Origin: Octopus vulgaris
Lineage: Eukaryota
Reading direction: 5' to 3'
Assembly (NCBI GenBank): GCA_951406725.2
Contig: OX597820.1
Location: forward strand, 61,132,001 to 61,196,000
DNA length: 64,000 nt
The notes beneath the pieces were generated by a model, which had not been told where the DNA came from, did no database searches, and saw only the letters and a program-made list of their open reading frames with translations. The translations under genes and the position numbers were made by a program. Numbering within the stretch: position 1 is the first letter of the stretch; every line of letters begins with the position of its first letter. Shown piece after piece: positions 1 to 13,296 of the stretch.

Positions 1-508
1 TTAAAACGGAATGCACTTATCCTGTGCTTATTCCCACTTTGTGAACAACTTCCTGGATTGTGCACGACGGACTTTCATGACAATTTGCCGAACCTTCTCA
101 ATCGTCTCCTCGTTTCGGCTCGCAGATGACCTGCCTGAGAGTGCCTCACTCTCTACTGAGGTGCAACCATATTTGAAGCGGTTGTACCACTCCTTGGTGT
201 GAGTTTTGCCCATAGCACGATCGCCAAAGGCCTGCTGAATCTTCAACTTGAGTACCACCAATCTTTTGGCAAAACCTGGTGCAATATCTCTGCTCTTTGC
301 ATTCGGTGAAAACGAAAATCCGACAAGAGGGCATTGCACGTCTATACTCTAAGCACAACAGCCGGGTACTCACGCGGCCCACTGGCGAGAACATTTTTAC
401 GCATGTGCAGAAAGGGTGGCGTCACCTCACACCCAAAGGATTTTGCCCACGTGGCATTAGTTTTGGCGGGAAAAAATAAAGTCGGATATTGCTTGAACGC
501 GCTTTGTA
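1..508 (-). mobile_element. Mariner (Tc1/mariner) transposon 5' remnant with degenerate transposase HTH region
   Basis: ORF 28-339(-) has 'QQAFGDRAMGKTHTKEWYNRFKYGCTSVESEALSGRSSASRNEETIEKVRQIV', typical of the mariner N-terminal HTH. A TIR-like end (minus strand TA|CAAAGCGCGTTCAAGCAATATCCGACTT) lies at about 480-510. Confidence 0.8.
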
Positions 509-543
509 TACACATGCGCACGAGCGCAAAAACGAACATCGAT

Positions 544-581
<38 letters not shown>

Positions 582-653
582 TAATATTTCGCTTAAGCAT
601 AGCGAAACTACTAACCTGCTGTTAGAACTCAATGTACATAAGCTTCAGAAAGA

Positions 654-879
654 ATTAAATAAATGACAAGGGAACTAGAAATTATGTAACGAAGTTCTTT
701 AGCTTACATCTGTTTCTACGATAAGATGCAATGCACTCATACTCTGAGCGCTTGCAGATCACCTTGTAGCTTTATTTTTGAAGCTCCGACGCTCGGATAA
801 GAGTGCATCTATGGCAGAAACAGCTTTAAGCTAATGAAGCTCGTTACAAAATTTCTCGCTCACTTGTCATTTATTTAAT
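654..879. repeat. Imperfect fold-back palindrome with degenerate hammerhead-like motif in each arm
   Basis: The left arm ATGACAAGGGAACTAGAAATTATGTAACG... is the reverse complement of the right arm ...CGTTACAAAATTTCTCGCTCACTTGTCAT. The arms carry GAAACAGCTTTAAGC and GAAACAGATGTAAGC. Confidence 0.8.
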
Positions 880-880
880 A

Positions 881-1166
881 CTAGCAGTATCGCCCGGCGT
901 TGCTCAGGTTTGTAAGGGAAATAACTATAAAGCATTTTTAGAGAGTTATAGCCAAAAAGTAGCAAAAAAATGGAAAAAAAATGATGGTAAATTTTTTTTT
1001 GAGATTTAAAAAAGGTAGAGTTGCGTCCCCTAGACTGTTTGTGGTTCGTATTCCTGATTCTCGACCCCATGTCAGAATCGGTTGAAAGCCGTGGTCAGGG
1101 TGAGGGTACAAGCAAACAGACACACAGAAACACGCACAGACAAACTGCCGTTTATATAGAGAGAGA
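881..1166 (-). mobile_element. Non-autonomous Helitron
   Basis: Minus strand starts TCTCTCTCTATATAAACGGC and ends with a GC hairpin (CCTGAGCAACGCCGGG) then CTAG. It is inserted between A and T. The 3' end matches 14016-14408. Confidence 0.75.
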
Positions 1167-1202
1167 TTTTGAATATATGTTACATATCTTAATAGACACA
1201 TA

Positions 1203-1462
1203 GGAGGCGCAATGGCCCAGTGGTTAGGGCAGCAGACTCGCGGTCGGAGGATCGCGGTTTCGATTCCCAGACCGGGCGTTGTGTGTGTTTGTTGAGCAAA
1301 AGCATCTAAAGCTCCACGCGGCTCCGGCAGGGGGTGGTGACGACCCCTGTTGTAATCTTTCGCCCCAACTTTCTCTTCCTGTTTCTTGAGTCCCGTCGAC
1401 CTGGGGGGAACACATACGCCACAGAAACCGGGCCCATGAGCCTGACTAGGCTTGAAAAGGGC
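1203..1462 (+). mobile_element. tRNA(Arg)-derived SINE (octopus OR-type-like)
   Basis: A box TGGCCCAGTGG, B-box-like GTTTCGATTCC and a tRNA-like head. Other copies lie at 43963-44345 and 23065-23145 (head only). Confidence 0.75.
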
Positions 1463-1613
1463 GCATATATAAATTTTAAAAAATACACACATACAATATA
1501 TATTTATATACACGCATTCATTGATACGTATATGCAATTATTGTATTTGCTGGCGTATAAGATGCACTCTCGCATACGACACATTTCTGTTTGCTAATCT
1601 ATCTATCTTTCTA

Positions 1614-1995
1614 TCTTTTACTTGTTTCAGTCATTTGACTGCGGCCATGCTGGAGCACCGCCTTTAGTCGAGCAAATCGACCCCAGGACTTATTCTTTGT
1701 AAGCCTAGTACTTTTTCTATCGGTCTCTTTTGCCGAACCGCTAAGTGACGGGGACGTAAACACTCCAGCATCGGTTGTCAAGCGATGTTGGGGAGACAAA
1801 CACAGACACACAAACATACATATATATATATACATATATACGACAGGCTTCTTTCAGTTTCCGTCTACCAAATCCACTCACAAGGCTTTGATCGGCCCGA
1901 GGCTATAGTAGAAGACATTTGCCCAAGGTGCCACGCAGTGGGACTGAACCTGGAACCATGTGGTCGGTAAGCAAGCTACTTATCACTGCTGCGCC
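1614..1995 (-). mobile_element. SINE family A (tRNA-like head, CORE-like CTTGGGCAA segment, internal (TA)/(TG) microsatellite)
   Basis: Head GGCGCAG...AGTAGCTTGCTTACC...GGTTCAGTCCCACTGCGTGGCACCTTGGGCAA and tail GACTGAAACAAGTAAAAGA. There are more than 15 copies or fragments in the window. Confidence 0.85.
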
Positions 1996-2464
1996 TGATA
2001 CATATTTTGTGAGGAAAAAGAATTTTCAGTTCTATTATTTTAATTATTAACTGTATAGTTGTTTATATTTCAGTCAACTAAATTGTCATACAAGATGTAA
2101 AATTTGTATTTTTTCCCACTGTGATGCTTTTTTGCAGCGATAAACCAAGACGGTTCTGTACCACCGCAATGGTTTTTATGCTATCCACTCACTGAAAGTA
2201 GCTGACAGGCAGATGCAAGTTTAACATTCCTTCCATCCTTCGACGATAATTTTCGTTTAGATAATAAATTTTTTTTCTTAAAGGTAACACAGTTATTAAA
2301 TAATACATGGTACATAACAGGTGTTGGTTATGTATGTTGAAGAAAGAGGTTTTAGTTATGTGACCGCCTCACATAACTACCTACGTACTGTAAGCAATTT
2401 TTCGTAAGTTAGTGCTAACAGACGGTAATACTTTGGCGTGTTTTCAATATTTTATTATTAATAA

Positions 2465-2900
2465 GGGCGGTGAGTTGTCAGAATCGTTAGCATGCCGGGC
2501 AAAAATGCTTAGCGGCATTTCGTCCGTGTGTACGTTCTGAGTTCAAATTCCGCCGAGGTCGACTTTGCCTTTCATGCTTTCACGGTCGATAACATAACTA
2601 CCAGTTAAGCACTGGAGTCGATGTAATTAAGTTACCCCTTTCCCCGAACTTACTGGCTTTGTGCCAAAATTTGAAACCATTATTTTTTTTTTTAGTAACA
2701 ATTAATGTGTTTAGTGGACTTATGCTCATCTGGTATTTGTTCCGAGTCATTACATTCCGAGTTCAAATCCAACCAAGGTCAATATTGCTTTTCATCCTTC
2801 CTGGATTTTTAAAATAAGGTCCCACTCAAGTACCGGGGTTGATTTAATCAACGAATCCTTCCAACAAATATTAGGCTTTGTCCCTATATCAGAAACATTT
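2465..2900 (+). mobile_element. SINE family B, two adjacent copies (Meta/Sauria-like central domain)
   Basis: Head GGCGGTGAGTTGTCAGAATCGTTAGC, B-box GAGTTCAAATTCC and a central segment close to the family consensus GCCTTTCATCCTTTCGGGGTCGATAAA...AGTACCAG. Many copies in the window. Confidence 0.8.
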
Positions 2901-3406
2901 ATGACTTCGTTACTCGAAGCGTATATACATCTCTATGTACGTAATACGTATATTTTCTAAGATGTATATCATTTAATATACTAGATATTATTTAACATAT
3001 TAGGTAACGTAATTTTATATTAATCTATGCATTACTATTAGCTTTAAATCTACTGCTTTTTCTTTTCTTTTCTTTATTTTCTTTTGTACTATTTCCAGAA
3101 AATATTCATGTTTCAGCGCTGATTCACTATCCGAATACATTCATGCACTTTATTTTGGGTAATCTATATCCCAAGAGAAAATTTGGAATTTCATGGAGCT
3201 TACAACTTGGAGATTAAACCTGATGCTCTTACATCTTTAACTATATATATATATACATAGTTAGTTGAATTTCAATTTGTACCCAACTACTGATATGTAT
3301 GCAAGTAATTATACACCTAGTTAAGAGAAACACATACTTGTCCCAGTAGATATAATATATTTTAACTTTAAGATACATACCACAATTTTTAGTTCAGTCA
3401 TTCTTC

Positions 3407-3456
<50 letters not shown>

Positions 3457-3638
3457 ATAATTTCATATTTGAAACCCAAACCTAACCGTTTGCTTAATTA
3501 ACATAGATAAAAACGTCATGAAACCGACCACATAATGTCATTGTGAACTAACAGTGATTTAATGCTGCACTTGTATGAATTAAAATTGCACTTTCATATG
3601 CGTCGCTCTAGTTGATATATATATATATATATATATAT

Positions 3639-5010
3639 CGTCTCCCTCACACCGCCTCCAATCTCATTGTCCGCACCCCCCACACCCCGACCATTTACTT
3701 CCTCTCCAAAATCCACAAACCTAACAACCCTGGCCACCCCATCGTCTCCGCCTGTAACTGCCCCACCGAGCTTATCTCCAAATATCTTGACCGTGTCCTT
3801 CCCCCCCCCCACTAGTGGCTTCTCTCCCTTTCTTACATCCATGACACCAACCACATACTTCGTCTGTTCAACACTTTATCCTTCTCTCCTGGCCCCTCTA
3901 AACTTCTCTTCACTCTCGACATCCAGAGCCTTTACACGGTGATCCCTCACCACGAGGGGCTGCGTGCACTCAAACATTTCCTTGACCTCCGACCCAACCC
4001 CCAACCCGACATCTCCACACTCGTTCGTCTGGCCGAACTTGTCCTCTCACTCAACTGCTTCTCGTTCGCGGGCGATTTCTACAAACAAATCTCGGGAGTG
4101 GCCATGGGAACGAGAATGGGCCCCAACTATGCGAACCTGTTCGTTGGCTATATTGAGGCCCAAATATTCTCAAGTTTCGCTGGTCCCACTCCCGAACTAT
4201 ATGGCTGTAATATTGACGACTGTATCGGTGCAACCTCACTCTCCCGCGAACATCTAGACTCCTTCCTCTCTTTTGTCAATCTTTCCATCCTGCCCTCCAC
4301 TTCTCCTGACATTTCTGTCCCCTTTCTTGACATTTCGGTCAGCATTCATCACTCCACTCTTACTACCTCCATCCACTACAAATACACAGACTCACACTCA
4401 TACCTCAACTTCTCCTCCTCCCACCCTAAACACACCAAGCTTTCCATCCCCTATTCCCAATTCCTCCGTCTACGCAGACTCTGTAGTGACAACCATAAAT
4501 TTGAGACTCAGTCTCAACTCATAGCTCGCCACTTCATCCTACGTGGATATCCCTCCACCACTATCCACACCGCCCTTGCCAGAGCACGTTCCCCTGCTCC
4601 CGCCCACGCTGACGCACTTGCCCCTACCTCTCCAACACCACCCTCCTCGCCAGCATCCATCATCGACCCTATCACATCACCGACTCCTTCACCTGCACTT
4701 CTACCAATCTATTGCATCTACCATCTATTGCATCTCCTGCTCTCTCTGCCATTCTCTGTACATCGGACAAACGGGACGCCACTTGGCTGACCTGTTCGCG
4801 GAACACCTCCGAGACATCTGCCTCGGTAATGACACCCCGGTCTCACGCCGTTTCCGCTCTACAGGTCACTCTTCGCAACACCTGTCCATGTTCGGATTGT
4901 TCTTGCCCAGAGACCATCCGGACTCCCGTTTGCGCCGTGAACAGGGATTAATCTTTTCTCTTCGTTTCTTTATGCCACATGGGCTCAACTCTCCTCCCCT
5001 CTTCATTTAA
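3639..5010 (+). mobile_element. Penelope-like retroelement, 5'-truncated, frameshifted RT plus C-terminal GIY-YIG endonuclease
   Basis: RT motifs 'YFLSKIHKPNNPGHPIVS', 'FYKQISGVAMGTRMGPNYANLF', 'NIDD', 'VPFLDISV' and 'SIPYSQFLRLRRLCS'. GIY-YIG motif 'IYCISCSLCHSLYIGQTGRHLADLFAEH...HGLN'. It begins directly after (TA)n. Confidence 0.93.
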
Positions 5011-5635
5011 CTTCCTCTCCTTGCCTCTCTCCCCCTCCCTTCTACTTCCTCCCACCAACCTGTCCTCTCTTGCTCCGACTCCTACTTCTCTTCATCCCTA
5101 CTCTCTTTCTCTCTTCTCTCTTACTCTCTTCTCCCATACCCACCTTCCCCTTTCCCCTTCATCGTCAACCCTCCCCATAAGCCCACCCCACCCCTTCATA
5201 CTCCTACCCCACCTTCTCTATCCTTCCCATCCCACCCCATTCCATCCGTTACACCCTCTCCCACATACCCCACCTCTACCCCCACCCTCTGCCTACCCAC
5301 ATACCCCAACCCTCAGCCTAACCCACACCCCACCCGTACTTTCCCCACTCTCGCCTCCCCCGCCTCCAAACACCATCACACCACACTACACTACACCATA
5401 CCACACAACACATCACATCACATCAAAACACACCACCATGCACACACCAGCACTGACCAATTCCCATCCCCACATTTTCACACCTACACATACACACACG
5501 CACACGTCAAGATCACCAGCCCTCTTTCACATGTACATACGTACTCACTTACACACACGCACACCTTCGTTTTGGGATCACTACTATTTTGTTATCTCCT
5601 CTACTTCTCAGCTTTCCTGTGTTTTAGTTCTATAA
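5011..5635 (+). repeat. C/T-rich low-complexity tract, probable 3' UTR of the Penelope element
   Basis: Pyrimidine- and CA-rich sequence immediately after the GIY-YIG stop codon. Confidence 0.5.
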
Positions 5636-7349
5636 TTATGATGATAATCTGAACATGATATGACATTTTAAATTAAATATTGCATTTTTATTAATGCAAG
5701 TCTACACTTGGTACAACTAATGTAAGTAAATTAAAACTACTTTCCATTGAAAAAACTCAACAAATATGAAATGACACTACAATCAAAATAATTTGGATGA
5801 TGCTGGATTAAACTTATAATTTAGAGAAATGCTTTTACTCATAAGCATGTAGAAAGTCATGTCATAAAGTGTGAGAGAAATAGAAAAGACAAAGAGAGAA
5901 TGCTTTCTCACAGTAAATTAAAATTAGTTTTCTTTATTGAAATCTTTAGCTGAGGTCTTTGTCATACGCATACACTTAACAAATCCTTGATCAGTTTCTG
6001 TAGACTATTGTGTTTTGGCTGACTTTGATGCATGGTGTTTATTTTAAGGGATAAACAAATAAAACCTTTATTGCAAATAATTTTCTACTTCTTGCAGCTG
6101 TCTGGACTGGAATTTTTCTAAGTTTTCCACTTTGTCTTACTCAGGCACTTAACAAATCCTTGCCTCCGAGATTACTTGTAGATCTGAGTGCTGCAGCTGA
6201 CGTGAATAAGATTTGTTTACCCACAGGGATATATGCCAATGCCAATGCCAATGAATGATTGAAATCTGATAAAAAACAGTTTTTTACAGACCTTTGTATT
6301 GTGCCGAACAGATATAAATCATTCTGAATATTCGTGATAGCATCAAAACTATTGACCAACTCTGCATCCTTTATTGCACAAGATAGACAAATGGGGGCAA
6401 TGCCTGGCGAGTGAGTTTCATTTTGACAGAACAAGAAGTGGTTATCAATTTAATGATGTTTTTCTCCTCGTAAAGTGTGTAATTTTAATTAAAATTTTTT
6501 GTCTACATTGAATATGAGAGAGAGAGTGAGAGAGACAGACAGACTGAGCAACTGCACTTACATAAGACATAGGTGCAGACAAGTTTGCAAGGTGAAGAAC
6601 AATGTGGTCTTGGGTTCAGACCCACTCATGGACCTTGTGAATGGAATTGGCATGCGTAAATCTTTACATATGTATGTCATCATCATCGTTTAACGTCCGC
6701 TTGTGTGTGTGTGTGTGTGTGTGTGAAGCCTGTCATACATGTGTGTGTGTATATATACAGAGAGAGAGAGGTGGGGTGAGGAATAAATATAATAAAATGA
6801 TAATGGGACGTGGCAGCTGTTTTTAATGCCTGCTTTATAAAATTAACTTGTGATGATCTTGATTGGAATTGAGTATAAATGTATCACTGTGGAATAAATT
6901 AGTCACAAGGTAGAATACAAGATTAAAGTCTCGGGCATAACCCTCTGTTATAGTGATGTTTCCTGATAGTAATAAATAAAGTGAGAGTAACGAAAGAGAG
7001 ATAAAAGAAAGAAAAAATAATGAGAGGTGAGAGAAAAATAATGAAGAACAAAGGAGAAAGGGAAGGCAAGATACCACATGTTGGACAATAGTCAAAGAGA
7101 GGAGATAATTAATGTCAGTGCTGGCAATTTTTCCTTTTCTTCAAGGCATGACCCTGTTTATTTCTGATTTAAATAATAGAATAAAACAATTGAGCACCAG
7201 GGTGGTAAGTGTTCTGTATAGATAGGTTATGATAATGATGATGATATGGAGAAAATAAGGAAAAGAAAGCATGTTAAGTCTACTTTTCCAGAGTAAGCTC
7301 GATAAATCCCAAAATCCCAAAATACACACGATTAAAGAAGAACACAATC

Positions 7350-7562
7350 TTTTCTACTCTAGACACAAGGCTCAAAATTTTGGGGGAGGGGGCCATTCGA
7401 TTAGACTAACCCCAGTAAACAACTGTTAATTTATCGACCGACCCCAAAAGGATGAAAAGCAAAGTCAACCACAGCAGAATTTGAACCCAGAATGTAAAGA
7501 CAGACGAAATACTGCTAAGCATTTCACCTGGCATGCTAACATTTCTGCCAGCTTGCTGCCTT
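7350..7562 (-). mobile_element. SINE family B copy
   Basis: Reverse complement of the family B consensus. Confidence 0.75.
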
Positions 7563-8676
7563 AAGAAGAACCCAGTAATAACAGATTTCTTGTGCATGTT
7601 TGAACCAAGGAGGTAAACAAACTAAATTATGCAAGTGCCAAATGCATCAAACATAAGTTAGTATTTAATTATAATGAATGTTTATTAGCTTTTCTTTACT
7701 TTTACGATGCCTGATAAATACAGATCATCATCATCATCATCATCATCGTTTATGGTTTAATATCTTTTAGTCTACAATGAATAAATTGAATACAATTTGA
7801 ATTCTTATTTTCCTTCTGTAAACTATTACAAAATTGTTTTTACAACTGTAAATTATAACATACGAGTTAACAACAAAAATATACATGCTGTCTATGTAGA
7901 GAAAACTTAGAGAAATGTTGAAATTCTAAATTAGCCAAATCAGCATCTCTAACTATATTCATTGAGATTATTGGACCACTGCCAAAACTGAGTCTTTTTT
8001 TTTCCCTTTTTTATTTTCTTTGGCTTAATAATGTTCTTTCAAGATTTACAAGGTAAAGTATTTTCTGTCTCTGACAAACAAAGCAGGGAGATGTTGATAC
8101 CTTCTTTGAAAAGCCTCTTGAGAATACCAGAGCAGAGTGTACCATTATCAAATTGTTCAACAGTACTTTTTAACCATCAAGAGTTAGACATTTCTGTTTC
8201 TGTGCCAGCAGTTGTAGGAAATGTGTAGATGAGTGAACTGATAACCATGCACAGTGAACAGACAATATACAAATGGTGTGACATTCTACTTTACATCAAA
8301 GTTGTTTTAGATAAAAAAAAAAAAAATGCTTCGCTCTTTTGAGACACCCAAAATTGCAGAGTTTCAGCGTAAAACCTTGTCACACGTTGTCCAACATCAC
8401 TGACATCTAGCTTGTAAAACATAAGACTCATGGATGTCAGATATATTTGGAGTGTTATTAATAATCAGAAAATGTTGGTACTTTTGCAGCAAGAAAAATC
8501 TGTTTGAGTGCTGCACATGAAATACAATCATTCTTAATTAGTATGTGTGTGTGTACTCACATAAACACACACCATTGCCAAAGCTGTTGGTGGGATCTGA
8601 TGAAGGGAGTGTCCCACAGAGCAAGCTGTATATAAATATGTACATATTAAATATATATGTGTGCAAATATATATGT

Positions 8677-8730
<54 letters not shown>

Positions 8731-8769
8731 ACATATATATATTATATATTATATACATATATACCATAC

Positions 8770-9260
8770 TAATACAATTGTTTGTTTGTATTCCACCTGC
8801 CTTCGTCTTTTGTTTATTTCCGTAAACCTGCCTTCATCTTTTGTCTATTTTCATAAAGCTTCCCGTTATATACATATATATATGTATATACATATATATA
8901 TATATGTATACATATATATATATGTGTATACATATATGTGTATACATATATGCATATACATATATATATATATATACACACATATTTGTATACATGGATA
9001 TACAAACACATACGCGTGCACATTATGTGAATATATATTTAAAACAAAAGACGAAGACGAGTGTGTAAACAACAAACAGATGTATTAGTTTAATGATTGG
9101 GAAACGAGAAAGTCTTTTACGTTTCAAGCCTACGCTCTTCAACAGAAAGGAACACAGAAATAAACGGGGAGAGAAAATAGAAAAGGTTGAGTGGCTAGCG
9201 ATCTATCATGGTGAATGCCGGACAGAGGGGTCACACAGGAGAGCTAGGAAAAATGGGGAG
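8770..9260 (-). mobile_element. Penelope-type pLTR-like fragments in inverted arrangement around a (TA) tract, with hammerhead variant at 9114-9149
   Basis: 8770-8830 is the reverse complement of 9040-9090. The minus strand reads CTTT-CTGTTGA-A-GAGC-GTAG-GCTT-GAAA-CG-TA-AAAG. Related pieces lie at 21003-21120 and 58005-58105. Confidence 0.6.
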
Positions 9261-10965
9261 ATGTCAATTTAGGTTAAACTTCATCAGTTGTAGTACTGTT
9301 CATCATGATATATCATAATAAATATACTAAGGAGTTTCTTTAGAGAGCTTTGGCTGCAATATTGAGCATATCAAATGACTGTGTAACAGATGTTTGAATC
9401 GCTTATATGATATTGATAGCTTCCATATAAGAAACAAGATTATTCCTAATAAACCAATTGAATACAAATGTTAGTTAAGCAAGAAAGTTTGACACTTAAC
9501 AAATCTTTGTCAACACTTTTAGCTCTATAAAAACACTAAACACTTAATATTATATTCATTTATGTTATATTTCTAGTGATACCATATATTATGTTCCTCA
9601 AGGTCTTTGGTTATTTTTCAAAAGCCTTCCAGATCACTGCATGTTTATAGACCTCTGGTAATAGTGCAGTTGCCATGGAGTATCACTGGCACACAGTGAT
9701 AGAGACAGCTGCTGGATCTCTGCTGCCTTAAAGAAGACATTTCTGGCAATGACTATACAAGATTCATATCCACATGTATTTAGTCATATTCATATGTACT
9801 TACTTTTTTGTATGAAATTATATCCCATGAGGGTCTTCTGGGGAGCTTTGGATCAATTCTCACTTCAAGCTGCCAAAATGAGTCTCGTGTGACCTAATTT
9901 CACAGCAAGTTTAAATACACATGGATATGACTCCATATGTTTATTTTTTCATAACCCACACTGTGTTAATATTGTAGTATTTATCATAGCAGTGTTAACA
10001 GGGGCTTCACAGGATGTACACAAACACACACACACTCACACACACACTAGACTAAGTTTCCACAATATCTTGAGCCACACCTTCTTTAATAGCTATCTGC
10101 TATTGAAATAATATAGCTTTTTTATTTCGTCCCTTAGCATTTCTTAGACATCTATATTATCAATCAAAGTAAACAAAATATGATGAACAATCAAGGCAAA
10201 AATGATCAATAAATAATGGCTGCTCATTCATAAGCGAACAAGTTGATCATCATTCTAGATAGCAAGATTTTTATCTATAGTGCAGTGATTATAAGTAAGT
10301 AGAACACGACCAAATTATATCTGAACAGCACAAGCAGTCCAAAGGTTGAGCGATATGTAAAATGATACAATTAAATCAATGACGCAAATTTTGAGAATAT
10401 TCATTCAACTGACTGCAACTTTAGAGTTGGCAGCATTGAAATAAAGGTCATATTTAAAAGCAGTTCAATTTCTGACAACTGGCTGATGTAATACACTAAG
10501 TCAAACCAAACTGTTTGATGAAATATTTTATAATATGTAGTTAAGGAATTTAGTAACTTACAGAATTAAAGAAAATGAATGATGGTTCCACTTAAAATAA
10601 TTGTTTTGATTCATTGAAAAGAAATGATTTAGTTGTTATAACATTTTGATTAAACAGAGTTATTCTATGATATGGATCAGTTTACAAGTGTTGTAGTATG
10701 AACTTAGGCAGTGGTGTGGCAGAATTGTTAGAATATCTGACAAAGTAATTTGCAATATTTTATTTGAGCCTTTTACATTCTGAGTTCAAATCTCACCAAG
10801 GTCAACTTTGTTTTTCATTCTTTTATGGTTAATACAATAAATTACCAATCAAGTAGTGGTATTGAATTATATTTTTACAAATGATTGAAACTAGAAAAGA
10901 TTAAAAAAAACAACTAGGAAAGCTAATTTCATTTAGCTGATCAGGCTTATCATTGTTTTGTTTAA

Positions 10966-11193
10966 CCCTTTCAACGAGGAATTTTTTCTCAAGAATTTTT
11001 TTCTCAAGTTGGTAATGGTGAGAGGGGATTGTACACATGCGAGCCTTTTGAGCTGTCATTATTGTGTAGTACACTCCAATCATACATCTGGCACTACATA
11101 CTTACCAGAAAAACTGGAACGGTACTATACTGCATCACATAGAATGGGAATTTTAAAGATTTGGGTTATAAAATTTTTGCCAGGTTGAAAGGG
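10966..11193. mobile_element. piggyBac-type MITE
   Basis: Perfect 10-bp TIR CCCTTTCAAC / GTTGAAAGGG. The left flank is TTAA and the right flank is degenerate (CTCA). Confidence 0.65.
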
Positions 11194-13045
11194 CTCATAT
11201 TTCATAATATCCATAATCTTTTACCAAAAAAGTAAAACTTGAAAAATTCAGGTTATGCCATTATACTATATTAAAGAAAAAAAATTTTAAGAGAATTTAA
11301 GCCTAACTTGAACTTCAAATCTTCAATTTTGAGAGGAGCAATGCTCACCTTGTTGTAGGCTCTGAAAGCAACCTAGTCCCCCTTTGTTTCTCATAGGCCC
11401 TGTCTGAATTTAATCTGTGCTAACATGGTGCTAAATAACAGCTATTACTTTCGACTCTAAATGTGGAACATGTCTGTCTACTGCATAGGTTGTATCATTG
11501 ACTCCATTATTGAGAATATAATATGTATAATGCCAGAGAATGTCATGTACTTGTTGCACAAAGATATATATTTCACCTGTGCTAAAGTGTACCATAGACA
11601 TCCCATCCATCACTCATCATATTCCCATAAATTTGTCTACTGTATTATGAAGTACCAAAAACATACCAATGTCCATTTAGGGAGGTAATAGCTAAAAGTA
11701 ATGCTGTGTCGATGACATTGAATATATTTTATAACCATTGAAAGAAAGAGGACAGTGTGAGGTGGAGCAAGAGTAAAAGTAAGAGAGAAAAGAACAGTAT
11801 GAGGCAGTGAAAAGTAGAGGTAGGAGGTCAGTAGAAAGAAAAACTGTAGGTGAAGTAGAATTAACCGTCTTTAAGATGAGGTGGGGGAAAGTGTATAAAT
11901 CAACACGAAGAAAGGAGTGTTCGGTGATATAATGAAAGTGAATGCTAAGAAGGGTGAGAGTTGTAATATAAGGGTAATGAGAGAAGGAATTGTCTGAAGT
12001 AACAGTAAGGGAATTTATGCTGTGACAGACAAGATTGCATAGTAAAAACAGAAGAAATGTGCCGCAACAGGCAGCTACAGGATGGCTATTTTGAGATAAT
12101 GAATGAAAGGTGAGGATGTGCAGCAATGACTGAGATGGAGAAGGGAAGGGTAAAGTAAAAGATCTAAAGAGAGGTGATGAAAAAATATCAGAGAAATACA
12201 TAATAGAAATAATAAAAAAAATATTCACTAGAAACTATTAAGATCTTGTGAAATTTGATCTTACAGAAACTGAAGGTAGGTCTGGCATGAAACTATTGTT
12301 TAGAGACACCCAACATTCCCTTCAACAGAAAACTTTTGATAGGTTAGCTATAACATTGGTAACATGCCAACAGTGCCTGTATGTGGGTGTACTACTTGCT
12401 AGAACTAGTAATCAAATTTCCCTCAACACACACATGACCATCATCTTAAAAAGAAGTTAGAAGGATGCATTACAAAATAAAGTTCTTGATACTTTCACTT
12501 AACAGTTTGGCAAAAGAAACTGATAAAATAAATCCCAGGCTTGAAAATGATAAGTACAGGAATCAATTTGACTAAAATTCTTCAATGACTCAAACAACTA
12601 AAGGATTAAAGGGTACCTCTAAAAGGACCAAATGGTCACAAACAGAATTGTTCTCCTCATAAGCCTGCTAGACCATAGCCAGGGGTTAAACAGTACCAGC
12701 AAACATACAGGTGTTAGAATATAATACATAGATCATGAAAAGGCTAACACACACACACACACACACTTCACTGGTAACAGCCTGTGAGAGGTTTACTTTT
12801 TTAAATTTGTTTCTTTTTTTGTTATTGCCTTTTGTTTTTAATTGTCAGAGCATATATTGCCATGTCTAGCAATTTCTTGGAGAGTAATTTGTGTTATTGG
12901 ACTACATACATACACACACACACACAGATAAACACTAGTATATACAAATAGATTATATATGTGTGTGTATGTGTATGAGCATATGTGTGTGTGTGTATGT
13001 GCATATGTATGTAAATATATATATATATATATATATATATTCATT

Positions 13046-13236
13046 TCTTTTACTTGTTTCAGTTATTTGACTGCGGCCATGCTGGAGCACTGCCTATAGT
13101 CGAATCAAATCAACCCCAGGACTTATTCTTTGTAAGCCTAGTACTTATTCTATCCATCTCTTTGCTGACAGGGACCAAAACACACCAGCATCAGTTGTCA
13201 AGCGATGTTGGGGGGACAAACACAGATACACAACAT

Positions 13237-13296
<60 letters not shown>

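Noticed and set aside
4979-5635. 218-aa Pro/Leu/His-rich ORF
   Set aside because: Low-complexity C/T-rich DNA that lacks stop codons by composition.
6141-6434. 97-aa minus-strand ORF as a formin exon
   Set aside because: No resemblance to DID, FH1 or FH2 sequence, and no convincing splice sites in frame.
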